64,000 nt of DNA from the NCBI GenBank assembly GCA_965649765.1, contig OZ287761.1, forward strand, positions 15,748,001-15,812,000. Direction: 5' to 3'. The translations under genes and the position numbers were made by a program. This DNA comes from Bispira polyomma. Taxonomy: Eukaryota. This document shows, in pieces, positions 62,864 to 64,000 of the stretch. Under the pieces are notes generated by a model. The model was not told the origin of the DNA. It searched no databases and was given only the letters and a program-made list of their open reading frames with translations. Numbering within the stretch: position 1 is the stretch's first letter; each line of letters opens with the position of its first letter.

Positions 62864-63366
62864 ATATTATTATTATTATAAATTTTTAACGCGCTTTATT
62901 GATGCTAGGCATCTTCTAAAGTGCAACAGCAGAATCATTGGTCCAATCATAAAGTCCATGGACATTGCAAAGTCGTAAGGAAGGAAGTGGGAGCGTGCAC
63001 GAGGGAAGCTAAGGCAAGGTTAAAAAGATAGGTTTTAAGCTTTTTCCTAAAACCGATAAGTGTGTCAACTGATCTGAGGTCGACTGGGAGACTGTTCCAT
63101 AACTGTGGAGCTGCAGTGGAGAACGCTCTGAATCCCGCCTTCCTGATTGGTCTGACCGAAGTAACGGAGAGTCTGTTGCCTCTCTTGGGGTACTCCATAT
63201 GGTAGCTTTATGGAAGATTATAGGTGATCATCTAATTTAATTCTTTGTGCCCTAAGAGTAAGGTAGGATCTGATCCATTTAAGGACACTGCCATTTATAC
63301 TGAACCACTGCTTGAGAGTGTCGCAGAGCAAGACATGATCAATAGTGTCGAATGCAGCTGAGATAT
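62864..63366 (-). mobile_element. 5'-truncated, internally deleted L2-type LINE (second family)
   Basis: 63366-63186 reads ISAAFDTIDHVLLCDTLKQWFSINGSVLKWIRSYLTLRAQRIKLDDHL*SSIKLPYGVPQ. It joins directly to the C-terminal GFRAFSTAAPQLWNSLPVDLRSVDTLIGFRKKLKTYLF. 3' stem-loop (GCACTTTAGA..AAAGCGCGTTAAAAAT) and a (TAA)n tail. Confidence 0.9.
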
Positions 63367-64000
63367 TCTATGTACTTCCACGAAAGTATAGATTACAGCC
63401 CTCCAAAAACACTCTTGTCTTGTAAATTGATTTCTATTTGGCAATACTAGCAGGAAGAAAAACTATTTGGAAATTTCGGCAGGACAGAAAAATATCGTGA
63501 TAGTAAAACCCCTATTATCTGAATTTGTTTTATCTGAATATTCCACGCTCGCAAATTTAAGTTTTCCTGATTGTTGTACAATAATGTATCCGAATCTGTT
63601 TCAGCAGAATATTCAACGCTCCCAAACTTAAGTTGTCCTTATTGTTGTACACAGAAACAAACCTACTGTTCGCGAACAAAAGCTTGGTCTCCCAACTTGT
63701 TTGGATAACAGACAATCTACTGTATTTATATTTTTGTAAGCACAAAAGAGGTTTACCACCTTTTTTAAGCAACATAGACTAACAGTAAAGGAAAACATCT
63801 CAATAAGCAGTGACATCCTCACATGCTTCTGACAAATGGGAATCGTAATTAAGATGACATTAAATGAACTTAACAATTACATTACATTTAAATAGAAAAT
63901 CCTTGGAGAATCATCATAGTTTTATAATTAATTTATCACAGCTGTTAAATTTAATTTACAATTTTTTTTTTAATTTAAATACTTTTAAAAGTTCCATGCC

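Noticed and set aside
2953-63366. Strand bias of retroelements indicating host gene direction
   Set aside because: SINEs and LINE pieces occur on both strands in similar numbers, and there are too few to infer a bias.
1178-63876. Remaining 60-105 aa ORFs
   Set aside because: Most lie within MITEs or SINEs or have random AT-rich composition. I found no supportable exon chain.

Overview
AT-rich eukaryotic DNA, intronic or intergenic, and almost entirely repeats. It most resembles an invertebrate, probably mollusc-like, genome (inferred from the repeat types only). I cannot support any host protein-coding gene. The only long ORF (26181-29408, minus strand) belongs to a near-intact single-ORF L2-type LINE with an APE endonuclease and a reverse transcriptase. 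That ORF has a hydrophobic, signal-peptide-like leader joined to the endonuclease by a variant 2A-like motif (LLAGDIPSNPG/P). The rest is two truncated or deleted L2 copies, tail-only L2 insertions, at least three tRNA-derived SINE families (Meta-like, CORE-like and CORE+Deu-like), more than 50 copies of about a dozen MITE families that are often nested, and minisatellites. The most unusual items are the 2A-variant LINE leader, a tandem array of eight SINE tRNA-heads (9635-10315) together with two other head amplifications, and SINE insertions whose target sites match their own tail repeat. Family and superfamily names come from terminal motifs read by eye, and most repeat boundaries are approximate.
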